Notes: generated by a model from the letters alone, not told the origin. Shown: positions 29,949 through 40,043, counted from the first letter of the stretch. The stretch: 64,000 bases of DNA from Candidatus Aegiribacteria sp. (GCA_023138735.1 JAGLOY010000013.1:14139-78138); one strand, 5' to 3'. Made by a program: numbers and translations.

Positions 29949-30262
29949 TATATCTCCTTCTCTTCGGGCCGGTCCCCGGCCTCCTTAAGTCCTCCTCAAC
30001 CACCACCGGGAGCTGTTGGATCACACTTCCCGGGGCATTCAGTTTCCTCCAGTGCCTGCTCAACCAAATTGTCCACCAAAGAACCAATCTCATCCGCTAT
30101 TTCAGCGTATTCCTCTTCAAATCCTATCTCCAGGAAGAGCTTGATCATCTTTCCTGAAAAGGAGATTCTTTCTCTCCGGGAAACTCCCGGAAGTATCTTG
30201 GTTATTCAACATGGAAGCATTGACAGCATTCGATCAAAGCAAATATCCATTGGGATCTCCAT
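29948..30262 (-). CDS. Candidate selenoprotein A (104 aa; U19 and U89)
   Basis: AGGAGG 7 nt before ATG 30262; ...MLPC-TGA(30206-08)-ITKILP...CPGKC..GGG-TGA(29996-98)-GGLKE...EI-TAA, whose TAA overlaps gene B's ATG. Confidence 0.7.
29967..29981 (-). promoter_or_regulatory. SECIS-like hairpin for gene A U89
   Basis: GGCCGG-GGA-CCGGCC, 14 nt after the UGA. Confidence 0.6.
30174..30192 (-). promoter_or_regulatory. SECIS-like hairpin for gene A U19
   Basis: TTCCGGGA-GTT-TCCCGGAG, 13 nt after the UGA. Confidence 0.65.
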
Positions 30263-30429
30263 TACTATACCTCCTACATTGGATTAATATGCTGATTTCC
30301 ATCATCGGATGCTAATGATGAGATTCACCTCAATGCACATGAGAGGATTCCAGGATTCTCTCACTGCGATGGAGCGGGTGAATAGTGACTCTAGCTCTTA
30401 GATCAAAAGTCCGAATCGTGGATTCATCA

Positions 30430-30500
30430 AAAGAGCAAAAACCCCCTTGAAGGGGGCATTCACGATTTGGCTGGATGCTTGTCTGAGAGATGGAACACTT
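30430..30500. repeat. Outermost att-like junction (hairpin + core + P-arm)
   Basis: CCCCCTTGAAGGGGGCATTCAC...TGGCTGG..GTCTGAGAGATGGAACACTT; the left flank matches the sequence next to the tRNA (about 46250-46318). Confidence 0.75.
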
Positions 30501-30816
30501 CCAGCACCTGATTAGATAATACGGTGCTAAAAAGTAGTGACAGGTCAATCCGTACCTGCCCCGCCACCGGCCGCGAGCACAACATCATAGGTGCTCTGAT
30601 ACACGCCTGAATTACTGTTGACCCGTCGAAACAGGCGGAGTATGATGTAAATGATTGCTGACAATGAGGATTTGGGTCACATAATAGTTTTCAATGAGGT
30701 TCCAGGCGATGATGTGTATTCCAGTATCCCATAGCCAGATCTGTGAATCTGTAAGCAGGAAGAGAATCATACTGGGTTACAGATCATCCGAACACAAACC
30801 GGGAGGGATTGAACAG

Positions 30817-31284
30817 ATGAGGAAGTCTACTTTAGTATTCGTGGCAGCCTTCGTACTTGCGATCGCCTGTGGTGGTGCTTCCACTCCTGACACCGTAGTG
30901 AGACAAGCAATAGACGCCGTGGTGAGCGGTGATGGAGAAGCGCTTGTCGGCTACCTTTCCTCTGATGGCATTGAGGCTCTCAATGGTCAGGTCGAAGAAT
31001 TGAAAGCCAATCCGGAGGAAAGTGCCTCTTTCCTGGCAATGATGGGCATCGATGTCACTGCCGAAGAGGTCGAGAATATGGATGCCGGTGACATGATCAC
31101 ATGGATGCTCCAGAGTGAACTCATGCAGGCTGAATTGCCTGACTTCAGCACCATCGAGATCGGAGAGCCTGTAATCGAGGGCGAAGATGCCCTTGTTCCC
31201 ATTGTTCTTGAAGGGGAAAGCGAAGAGGTCGAACTCGTTCTTGAGGACGGAGAATGGAAACTCAGCGAAATGATGGGAATGTAG
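30817..31284 (+). CDS. Lipoprotein, NTF2/DUF4878-like
   Basis: IAC lipobox; TPDTVV...; ends LVLEDGEWKL. Confidence 0.75.
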   Translation: MRKSTLVFVAAFVLAIACGGASTPDTVVRQAIDAVVSGDGEALVGYLSSDGIEALNGQVEELKANPEESASFLAMMGIDVTAEEVENMDAGDMITWMLQSELMQAELPDFSTIEIGEPVIEGEDALVPIVLEGESEEVELVLEDGEWKLSEMMGM

Positions 31285-31295
31285 GAATTGTCATA

Positions 31296-31375
31296 AAGGG
31301 CGCCTAATAAGCGCCCTTCTTTATATCCATGGCTGGCCATCTGTATGAGAGTTGGAACACTTTTGCTATTTGGTT
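31296..31375. repeat. att-like junction with terminator-like hairpin
   Basis: AAGGGCGC-N7-GCGCCCTT, then TGGCTGGCCATCTGTATGAGAGTTGGAACACTTT. Confidence 0.75.
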
Positions 31376-31800
31376 ACAGGGAATGGCTCAATAAAAGACC
31401 GTAGAGAAAGGAATTGTATTCCGAGCACTGCGCCATTGCCACTAATCCTGATTACGCGAGTCATGAACCTCAATGCGAATACCATAGATCTAGCGACGCT
31501 CCTTTGCATGCCTGTACGTATTTGGCAAAAAATAATCATATATATGAAATCGAACTCTTACAGAGGTGAAGGGACTGATCAAGACAGAGTCTTCGGGATT
31601 CTACTATGTGGGCTGATCACGCAAACCTGGGCAGAAATGCTTGGAATGTGATGGTTACATCTTTATCCTGGAGGGCAACTGGAGGGGTCTGAGTCATTGA
31701 CAAGAGTACTGCGCTACAGCACATTATGCTAGGTTGTGTTGTGGATAGACACCAACTATTCATTCACAGAAACAGTAACCGTTTATCGAAGGAGGGGAAG

Positions 31801-33111
31801 ATGAAGAGAGTACAGTCAATTCCATCCATCCTGATGGCTGCATTTTTGATAGCCGTTACAGGAGGCTTCATAGCCTGCGGTGGGTCACAAGAAGAAGAGA
31901 TTTTACACCAACCGATTACACCACAGGAAGAGACCACACACCAACCGATAACTTTGCAGCTGAAAACTTTAATCGAAAACAATCCTGAAATCGGGGAGTT
32001 ATTGGAAGAGTCCATCGCGAAGGCAAAAGAAGCCAATCCCGATCCTGCAACAAATCCGGTTCAGAGTTTGGATGACTACTACGCGTACATAGACAGGGCT
32101 TCGCAGAGCCTGCCATTTAATATGTGGGACATTTCGACGGAATTATCGATGCGTGATCAGATGCTGCAGGGTATCTGTTACCACTATTTCCTGGTAAGCC
32201 ACCCTTTGCCTGAGCTGGAGAACAAGGGAATGTTCTCCAATTCCCTGCAGTACTACGAACCCTTTGCTTCCTGGATGCGGGATTTCACCGTAGTCCAGGG
32301 GCAGTACATGGATACCGAGGATTCCTGGAGTGAAGAGATCTACCAGAAGATATATGCCGATGCTGATTTCGGTCTGCAGACAGACTGGTACGAAGATCCG
32401 TCCAACTGGAACACCTTCAACAGGTTCTTCTCCAAGTACCTGTCGTCCCCTGACGTACGCCCCCTTGCATTCCCTGACGATGCATCTGTAGTCGTATCAC
32501 CGGCGGACTGTGTTCCCCAGGGTGTCTGGAGCATAAGTGCCGATTCCGATATCGAGGTCGAAGAAGGCCTTGAGGTCAAGCTGTTGACTTATTACAGTAT
32601 CCACGATCTTCTGAAGTCCGACAGCGAATACAGGGATGCCTTTGTAGGCGGCGTACTCACTCATGTATTCCTGAACGTCTACGACTACCATCGCTACCAC
32701 TTCGCAGTAGGAGGGGAGATCGTAGAGAAAGCGAGCCTTACAAGGAACGTAGCTCTGGAGGTGTCGTGGGATGAAGAGCAGGATAAATACATCCCTCTCG
32801 ATACCACCGGATGGCAGTTCTCTCAGACTCTGGGTTACGTAATTGTAGATACCGGGGAATACGGACTTGTTGCACTGATTCCTATGGGCATGGCCATGGT
32901 ATCATCGGTCAATTTCGAGGATGATGTCACCGTGGGCAGTACCCTGGAAAAGGGTGACATGCTAGGTACCTTCATGTTCGGAGGGTCCGACTTCATAATC
33001 CTCTTCCAGGAAGAAGCCGGCTTCGAGATCACTGCGCCTATGTCAAACGATACTGTGTATACGCATATCCATATGGGTGAGGAATACGGTCGAATGGGTG
33101 GTGCGGAATAG
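31801..33111 (+). CDS. Phosphatidylserine decarboxylase family protein with lipoprotein signal
   Basis: TFNRFF, SPAD, DYHRYH, F.FGGSD self-cleavage motif; FIAC lipobox. Confidence 0.88.
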   Translation: MKRVQSIPSILMAAFLIAVTGGFIACGGSQEEEILHQPITPQEETTHQPITLQLKTLIENNPEIGELLEESIAKAKEANPDPATNPVQSLDDYYAYIDRASQSLPFNMWDISTELSMRDQMLQGICYHYFLVSHPLPELENKGMFSNSLQYYEPFASWMRDFTVVQGQYMDTEDSWSEEIYQKIYADADFGLQTDWYEDPSNWNTFNRFFSKYLSSPDVRPLAFPDDASVVVSPADCVPQGVWSISADSDIEVEEGLEVKLLTYYSIHDLLKSDSEYRDAFVGGVLTHVFLNVYDYHRYHFAVGGEIVEKASLTRNVALEVSWDEEQDKYIPLDTTGWQFSQTLGYVIVDTGEYGLVALIPMGMAMVSSVNFEDDVTVGSTLEKGDMLGTFMFGGSDFIILFQEEAGFEITAPMSNDTVYTHIHMGEEYGRMGGAE

Positions 33112-33189
33112 TCTAAGACTCTTCACGAGAATTTGCCCGAGCAGTGCCGGGTCTGATAATCTGACATCCTCGGTTCCAGTATGTCCAGA

Positions 33190-33408
33190 ATTGTGGGTAA
33201 ACGGCGATCTGGAGGGCAAACGGCGACTCCAACAGGCGCTGTTTCCAGAGGATTTGAAGTACTCTCCCGAGAAGGGATATTAGAATCCTGTAAAGCAAAA
33301 ACCTTCAACATCTTAGAGACATCAAAGGCTTCACCATCAAATATGGCTGGCCACCTGTCTGAGAGTTGGAACACTTTTTGTGCTTGGTTATGCGAAATAG
33401 TGAAATAA
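33190..33408 (+). pseudogene. C-terminal stump of a probable large serine recombinase spanning an att core
   Basis: LWVNGDLEGKRRLQQALFPEDLKYSPEKGY*, then a frameshift to AKTFNILETSKASPSNMAGHLSESWNTFCAWLCEIVK*; the core at 33344 lies inside the coding frame. Confidence 0.55.
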
Positions 33409-33645
33409 ATATGCCATATTTACAGATGTATGATCTTCTGTGATGTTTCTGAGGAATTCCCCAGCTTGAGCGATTATGATGAAAAAGCCTGAATAGCTGA
33501 AGAAGTATACGTCATTCATTCTTTCAATACCGAGTAGTATTTAGAACTACATATGATTCATCTCAGATAATATTGACCTGCTATATGGGAAATAGTATAA
33601 ACTTACCAGTAAGATTGTTGATCTGTACATGATTGGATTGAAGAA

Positions 33646-33918
33646 ATGAATACTGTAGCCACAACAAAAATGTCATCCAAAGGGCAAATTGTTATCCCTG
33701 AAGAGATCCGAAAAGCTCTCCATTTGAAGGCCGGGACAAGATTTGTTGTACTGGGTGAGGGAGATGTAGTTGTTCTTAAAACAATAACTCCACCCTCTTC
33801 CGATGAGTTTAAAGAAATAATACTGCGTGCCAGGCAGGCTGCGTATGAATCAGAAATGAAACCTGAGAATATACTCGAAACCATTAAAGAAACACGATCC
33901 GATAAATACGAGTCGTAG
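33646..33918 (+). CDS. AbrB/MazE-type antitoxin
   Basis: TTKMSSKGQIVIPEEIRKALHLKAG. Confidence 0.9.
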   Translation: MNTVATTKMSSKGQIVIPEEIRKALHLKAGTRFVVLGEGDVVVLKTITPPSSDEFKEIILRARQAAYESEMKPENILETIKETRSDKYES

Positions 33919-34313
33919 TTGACACAAATGTCTTAATATCTGCCATGTTCTTCGGATGTAAACCAGGGCAAATTCTTGATGCATGGCAAAAGAAGAAAAT
34001 AGAATTGGTGATCTCGACGGAAATACTCGCTGAGTATGTCGATGTTCTACATCGAATTGCAGCGAAGTATTCAAAGGTTGATGTTTCCCAGATAATCACT
34101 TTGATTACAAGCTTCGGACTCATTATAGAAGCTCGTGATCTTGAAGAACAAGTCTGTGCGGATCCTGATGATGACAAATTCATTGCTGCGGCCCTTGAAA
34201 GCTCATCAAAGGTAATATTAACAGGAGACAGTCATTTGCTGGATGTTTCGGGTTATTCAGGTATTGAAATGATTCAACCAGCGGAATTTATTGAGAAATA
34301 TTTGAGTGAATAA
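33906..34313 (+). CDS. PIN-domain (VapC-like) toxin; apparent ATA start
   Basis: In-frame extension IRVVVDTNVLISA upstream of Met 33945; DPDDDKF, TGDSHLL. Confidence 0.8.
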   Translation: MRVVVDTNVLISAMFFGCKPGQILDAWQKKKIELVISTEILAEYVDVLHRIAAKYSKVDVSQIITLITSFGLIIEARDLEEQVCADPDDDKFIAAALESSSKVILTGDSHLLDVSGYSGIEMIQPAEFIEKYLSE

Positions 34314-34358
34314 ACAAAATTCAGCAGAACGGTGACCAAGGATCTGAAGGAGAAATCT

Positions 34359-35795
34359 CTAGAGTTTCACGCACCTTCTGACAATTCGATCTTCACTGGT
34401 ATTTAGTACTACTATATAGCAACCTTCAGGAATCGATTCTTCTGGAGTCCATGTGGTTGTATGAGTTCCAGCAGTCTTCCAGCAGCTTTCAACTAATCCC
34501 ATGCACCTCCCTGAGAGGTCATAGATACTCAACTCAACATGACCGGATTCAGGAAGGCTGTATGTGATGCCCAAACTAGAAGAAAAAGGAGAGGGTGAAG
34601 CGAAGAGTCCTATGGAGTTGACAGTTTCCTCCGAACCCTCAATCCCCTGCGGGTTCAGCTTGTTTAGATGGACATGGATATAAAAGTTCGGCACATTTCC
34701 ACTTACATAAGCGAAGTCGAAATCACCATCGTTGTCGAAGTCAGCTACTGCGCCCTGTCGTGATGATGGTATAGCCCCAATAACGAACTCCAGAGGGTCA
34801 TCAATCAGTAATCCGTTTCCTGAATTGAGCATGGTTATAAGTAACCCCTCACTTCCACAAAAAAACGCATCGTTGTAACCATCAAGGTCGAAATCCACGG
34901 ATATGACATGATTAAATGCACAACCACCAATCCATCCTGAACCTGTGATATCAAAGCTACCGTCACCGTTGCCGAGGAAAGTCCAGACAGTGTTCGATCC
35001 CATTCCTTCACCAGCAGTCAATGCTACATCAAGGAACTCATCGTTATCAAGATGAGCTAATGTGATGTGTCCTCCTGGAATACCGGGACCTGAATAGTAG
35101 CCATAGTACCCTCCCCAGGTGACAGTTCCGTCTCCATCGTTGAATAGAACAGACAAGCGTTCCCAGGCGAGAAGCACGATGTCCAGGTCACCATCAGAAT
35201 CAAGGTCGGCAATATCAAGAGCACAGGCTCCACAAATCTCCTCATAGATTTTCTCGGCTTCCTCGAATGTTCCATCACCGTTACCATGGGAATAGTAAAC
35301 ATTCCCCGGACCATTTCCAAGCACGATATCAGGTAAAGTGTCAGCATCGAATAATGCGACAACGAAGTTCTCTCCACCGGCATCAATGTTGCTGGTAATT
35401 GGTGTTGAAAGATTACCTATTCCATCATTCAACAGTGTATAAATAGAGAGAGAATTCTCACGCATTACAACAACATCTTGATCTCCATCCAGATCAACAT
35501 CGCTGGTTTCAAGCCATATTGGGTTAGTTAGCGGTATGGATTGGAACAGATCGAAGGACCCGTCTCCGTTACCGATGAAGGTTTGTATCTGGTCTTTTGA
35601 GAGATCTCCCAGTACCATATCTGGAATAGAATCAGTATTGAAGTTTGCCGAAATCAAGTTACACCACCAGCTTGCGGACAGCTTATACACCCAGTCTGGA
35701 TCCTGGTCGAACAACCCTGAGGCAAAGACTGAGTGGGATGACAGGATAAGCGGGAGCAGTATTACCACTGCTCCCGCTATCGTTGATCGCTTCAT
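34359..35795 (-). CDS. FG-GAP/VCBS repeat protein with T9SS-type CTD
   Basis: DxDxDGDxD repeats, GNGDGSF; SPSPF...IYDLSGR. Confidence 0.88.
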   Translation of the reverse strand: MKRSTIAGAVVILLPLILSSHSVFASGLFDQDPDWVYKLSASWWCNLISANFNTDSIPDMVLGDLSKDQIQTFIGNGDGSFDLFQSIPLTNPIWLETSDVDLDGDQDVVVMRENSLSIYTLLNDGIGNLSTPITSNIDAGGENFVVALFDADTLPDIVLGNGPGNVYYSHGNGDGTFEEAEKIYEEICGACALDIADLDSDGDLDIVLLAWERLSVLFNDGDGTVTWGGYYGYYSGPGIPGGHITLAHLDNDEFLDVALTAGEGMGSNTVWTFLGNGDGSFDITGSGWIGGCAFNHVISVDFDLDGYNDAFFCGSEGLLITMLNSGNGLLIDDPLEFVIGAIPSSRQGAVADFDNDGDFDFAYVSGNVPNFYIHVHLNKLNPQGIEGSEETVNSIGLFASPSPFSSSLGITYSLPESGHVELSIYDLSGRCMGLVESCWKTAGTHTTTWTPEESIPEGCYIVVLNTSEDRIVRRCVKL

Positions 35796-35920
35796 CGGAG
35801 CACCAGCACCTTCCGAGTCATGTACATATCATCTCCATCATTATAGTAAGTATATGATATCCGGAGAGTGATCGAAAGACAAATGAAAATTGTTTGGTGT
35901 TGGTAAGCAGGATTTTTGTA

Positions 35921-36200
35921 TTTATAACCGAGCTTTCTCTCTCTTATGCACACTATAAAGCAAAACGACCCTCAAAGGACCGTTTTAACTAAAAAGTGGC
36001 TGGCAGGTAGGGATTCCCTTCGACTCACTGTGCTTGCTCAGGGTAAACTCACCATCTCGGTCTTTGACCGAGGGTCCGGATCATGAACTTCAGTATAAAA
36101 GCAAAATCCCCTTGAAGGGGGCATTCACTTTTATGGCTGGCCACCTGTCTGAGAGTTGGAACACTTTTCGTGCTTGGTTATGCGAAATAGTGCAATAAAT
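35921..36200. repeat. Double att junction with 137-bp mini-unit
   Basis: Cores at 35997 (tRNA-type arm) and 36134 (P-arm). Confidence 0.8.
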
Positions 36201-36364
36201 AGTCTATATTTTGAATATGAGACATTCAGTAGAGTTTTTGCGAGAATCTAACATTTGGATTGAACCCACTGAAATGACCACGAATGGGTGAAAATCCAGT
36301 ATCCTATTTGTTATAGATACGACCCGAGTATGACCTCAGTCAGGGCACTACCGTTAATTCAGGG

Positions 36365-36991
36365 TCAGTAAGAAGATCCGGTGAGTTCATAGATAATATT
36401 GAACTTCGTGCTGTCGGACCACGGAAAAGCATCCAGTTCACACTTCTCGATCATACCGGTACCTGGACTGTAGAAATAATGGGTATAACAGTTGTGTTGT
36501 TCGCTATATGTGGAGATATGGGCACAACCCTCAAACAGTCCTGCCGGAGTAACCACATCGGTATCCATGTCCACAACTGTCCAGTCATCCCAGGTTTTAC
36601 CCAATTCAAGGGGAAAATCCAGGTACTTATGACTGACGGTGTCAGGCGACAAAATTGCCACAGAGTCGGTGTTGACCAGGTAAGTCAGCGTACTCACCAT
36701 CACCAACGTATCCACCTGCACCTGACCGAAGGCTACCCACAGGGATGAGGTTTTCTCAACAATGCACGTATCACCTGATATGGAGATCACTTCATTGTGC
36801 TCTGAACCCTCCTCCCACAGGATTGAATCAGGCTCAATCTGCATGGCTGAGTGGGCATATTCCCACCAGTCTCCAAGGGCCATGGGGAAGTAGTCACCCG
36901 GAGGTGGCGTGATGGTAACGGGGTTATTCCCGCAACTCACTAACACCAGTGTCAGAACCAGACAGCAACCCGCACTTACTTTGCTTAGCAT
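36365..36991 (-). CDS. Lipoprotein, hypothetical
   Basis: VSC lipobox; DYFPMALGDWWEY, VTPAGLFEGC, FYSPGTG. Confidence 0.8.
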   Translation of the reverse strand: MLSKVSAGCCLVLTLVLVSCGNNPVTITPPPGDYFPMALGDWWEYAHSAMQIEPDSILWEEGSEHNEVISISGDTCIVEKTSSLWVAFGQVQVDTLVMVSTLTYLVNTDSVAILSPDTVSHKYLDFPLELGKTWDDWTVVDMDTDVVTPAGLFEGCAHISTYSEQHNCYTHYFYSPGTGMIEKCELDAFPWSDSTKFNIIYELTGSSY

Positions 36992-37137
36992 AATGTTATC
37001 CCCTCAGACTCAATTGTGATACATCTATTATTTATTCTATTTTGTTAGATAAGTTCCAATATGCAACTTAGTGTTAAATATTCCAGCGAGTATTGGGAGC
37101 TTCAAGCTGGAGATCACCGCACTGGAATAATTAAGAA

Positions 37138-37290
37138 AAAACGACCCTCAAAGGGCCGTTTTAACAAAACTGGCTGGCCTACTGTCTGAGAGTTGGAACA
37201 CTTTTCGTGCTTGGTTATGCGATATTGTGCAATAAATATGCTATATTTGCAGATGTTTGGTCTTCTGTGATGTCTCAGAGATCATTTCCA
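37138..37290. repeat. att-like junction (hairpin + core + long P-arm)
   Basis: AAAACGACCCTCAAAGGGCCGTTTT; core at 37171; arm similar to those at 33344 and 44126. Confidence 0.8.
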
Positions 37291-37460
37291 ACTTTGGGCT
37301 AATCCCTGAAAGTACTCAAGTGAAGGAAGAAGCTCTCTGTGCCCTTTGTAGTAATGCCGAGTAGTAGTTGGAACTTTAGTAAGCTGGACATACAGATTGA
37401 TTCTTTTTGAGTCTTACAAGCCGAACAAACTATCAATCAGGCTTGCTGTTTCGGAAGAAA

Positions 37461-39293
37461 CTACTCAATAACCACGAAGCTTTGTACGGATTCAGAATCA
37501 GCAGTCTGCATGCGTACGAAGTATATACCCGATCCATAATTTTCAAGTGCCATACTGTGATGACCTTCCATATATTCGCTTCCAGTAGAATACATTATCC
37601 TGCCAGACAGATCGTAGACAGTAAGAGATACGAAGGACGGTTCGGGAATAGCGAATTGCAGGACCGGTGAAGCGGTTGTCGGGTTTGGGGCAACTGCATA
37701 CAGGAGATATGTATCGATTCCACCTTCCAATTCAATCCCTGTTGGATCCCACGACACAATTACATCTTCAAGAACAGGAGTAGTATATAGATTGTAAGTA
37801 GTTAGCCAAGTACGGTACTGCAGCAAGTAATCGCCATCAGATACAATATCTGAGATACAACAAGGATCTGTTAGGATTTCAGACCATTCACCCATGTCGC
37901 CTGGATCACTTGAGGTTCTTACTTGGAATAGAAGATAAGCCCCAGATGGTTCATTACAGTTCCAATTGATATCAAGCCACTCCGGGTGTTCCTGAAGATC
38001 AAGAATACTCGATTCCAGATTTCCTGTTGCTTGATAACGGTTGACGTCCCACCAGGCTATTTGGTCACTATTGAGAGCTGCTCCCAGCACATCTACATAA
38101 CCGTCGCCATTCATATCTTCAGCATAGACGGACATGGGAGCGCTGACATAGCCATCAACAAGATGCTCAGCCCAGGTGGTCCCTGCCCCGTCAATGTTCT
38201 CCCACCAGTCGATCTTGTAGGCATCCTTACCCGCACCCACTACATCGATGTCGCCGTCACCGTCAATATCAGTAGCATATACCGTGCAAGCCCAATCCAT
38301 ATTGTTATCAATTGTATGTTCGGTCCATGTGGTTCCAGAACCACCTTCGTTCTCCCACCAGGTGATCTCGTCGTCATACCTAGCCGCTCCCAGCACATCG
38401 ATATCTCCATCACCGTCAACATCAGCGGCATGGACCGAACAGGCACCGTTGAAGTGGTCATTAATGGTATGTTCCATCCAACTGGTACCGGAGCCGTTAT
38501 AGTTCTCCCACCAGGCGATCTCGTCGGCCACGGACGCCGCACCAAGTACATCGATATCCCCATCACCGTCAACATCCTTTGCGAAGACGGATCTAGCAGT
38601 ATTGAAATTACCATCAATAGTGCGCTCTATCCAGCTAGTACCGATCCCATTCAAATTTTCCCACCAGGTGATGTCATCAGTGAGATAAGCCGCTGCCAGC
38701 ACATCTACATCCCCATCACTGTCAACATCAGCGGCATAAACAGAATTAACCGAATAAAAATTGTTGTCAACCACATGCGCTGTCCATGAGGTTCCTGATC
38801 CGTCATTGTTCTCCCACCACGTAATCTCTTCCATCGCATCAATGCTGCCAGAACACGATCCCAGAACATCGATATCGCCATCTCCGTCAATATCCTCAGC
38901 GTAGACAGAGTTTGCAAAGTAGAAGAAAGTATAAATGGTATGCTGAGTCCAGAGAGTGCCGGACCCATCCAAGTTTTCCCACCAAATGATATCGTCATCA
39001 TAATGTGCCGCACTCAGTAGATCCATATCATCGTCACCGTCGATGTCAGCGGCGTGCACTGAGCAAGGACCATTAGAATTGTCATCAACTATATACTTGA
39101 TCGGATCATATTCCAGTTGTAAAGAACCTGGATAACTGGAGAATTGAATATCGGAATAAGAGAAGAATTTATTTAGCCAGTTGGTGACTGGACCGGGGAC
39201 ACCATCACCACCAGACCAGTCAGTCTGGTAGGCTGTGCCTGCAAGGGAAAGAGAAGAAAGAGTAAGAACTGAAACAACTTTTAATAAATTCAT
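37461..39293 (-). CDS. QTDWSGG-scaffold FG-GAP repeat protein with T9SS-type CTD
   Basis: About 7 repeats of DxDGDGDxDVLGA...IxWWEN; APNP...VYDLSGR. Confidence 0.9.
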   Translation of the reverse strand: MNLLKVVSVLTLSSLSLAGTAYQTDWSGGDGVPGPVTNWLNKFFSYSDIQFSSYPGSLQLEYDPIKYIVDDNSNGPCSVHAADIDGDDDMDLLSAAHYDDDIIWWENLDGSGTLWTQHTIYTFFYFANSVYAEDIDGDGDIDVLGSCSGSIDAMEEITWWENNDGSGTSWTAHVVDNNFYSVNSVYAADVDSDGDVDVLAAAYLTDDITWWENLNGIGTSWIERTIDGNFNTARSVFAKDVDGDGDIDVLGAASVADEIAWWENYNGSGTSWMEHTINDHFNGACSVHAADVDGDGDIDVLGAARYDDEITWWENEGGSGTTWTEHTIDNNMDWACTVYATDIDGDGDIDVVGAGKDAYKIDWWENIDGAGTTWAEHLVDGYVSAPMSVYAEDMNGDGYVDVLGAALNSDQIAWWDVNRYQATGNLESSILDLQEHPEWLDINWNCNEPSGAYLLFQVRTSSDPGDMGEWSEILTDPCCISDIVSDGDYLLQYRTWLTTYNLYTTPVLEDVIVSWDPTGIELEGGIDTYLLYAVAPNPTTASPVLQFAIPEPSFVSLTVYDLSGRIMYSTGSEYMEGHHSMALENYGSGIYFVRMQTADSESVQSFVVIE

Positions 39294-39430
39294 TAGTATT
39301 CTTTCTTTCTCTGAAAGGAAACCTATCATCATAGGTTCAAGTGGTCGAAGATTCTCTTCTACGGGCTCCTTTCGAAAAATATCCTATATACTCTATAATG
39401 AGAGAAGTTAACCTCTGTCAATATCAATGT

Positions 39431-39655
39431 AAAAGCATAAGCTCCCTCAAGGGGGGCATTCACTTTTGTGGCTGGCAGGTAGGGATTCCCTTCGACTCGC
39501 AAAGCTCGCTCAGTGTAAACTCACTATCTCGATTTATAACTGAGCTTTCTCTCTCTTATGCACACTATACAGCAAAACGACCCTCAAGGGGCCGTTTTAG
39601 CTAAAATGGCTGGCCATCTGTCTGAGAGTTGGAACACTTTTGCCGTTTGGTTATG
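39431..39655. repeat. Double att junction with 138-bp mini-unit
   Basis: Cores at 39469 (tRNA-type arm) and 39607 (P-arm). Confidence 0.8.
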
Positions 39656-40043
39656 CCGTATTACTAATTAAAGTGAGGGATTCCCAGAGTTCTTTGTAAT
39701 AACTCCCAACATACGTTTTCAGGTATTCATCCCATACATCAGGAGGCAGGAGAGTTTCCAGGTTCCTGCCTTTGGGTCCTGGGGATCTCTCCCATCCGGT
39801 GCGAAACCCAATCTCCCATCCGAACATCATCAGTACGGTCTCCCGAAGCCAGCACTCAATGTAGAACTTGAGCAGGGGCATCTGCTTTCGCCAGAGCGGT
39901 TTTGGAATGTGAGAACCAAGTGCGAAGTAGAAGCTGGTGCAGCACCTATAGTAGAGATCGGCCGTAGGTCGAGAGGGGATGTAGCCGCTTTCATTGGCGG
40001 GAGGGAGGTAAGGAACACGATCATCCTTATGTAATGCCTCCAT
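39651..40043 (-). pseudogene. Aminoglycoside 6-adenylyltransferase (AadK/AadE-like) C-terminal fragment
   Basis: PT...Y..CC..F...K.LWR...LMMFGWEIG..TG...S.G.KG..L...L....W..YLKTY; no N-terminal domain. Confidence 0.6.

Noticed and set aside
29703-30262. Simple decayed pseudogenes
   Set aside because: Not excluded but disfavoured: all interruptions are TGA, no frameshifts, intact RBSs, TAATG coupling, and a hairpin after every TGA.
30540-30610. YDVVLAAGGGAG Rossmann-like peptide on the minus strand
   Set aside because: Too short, stops immediately, and has no supporting ORF.
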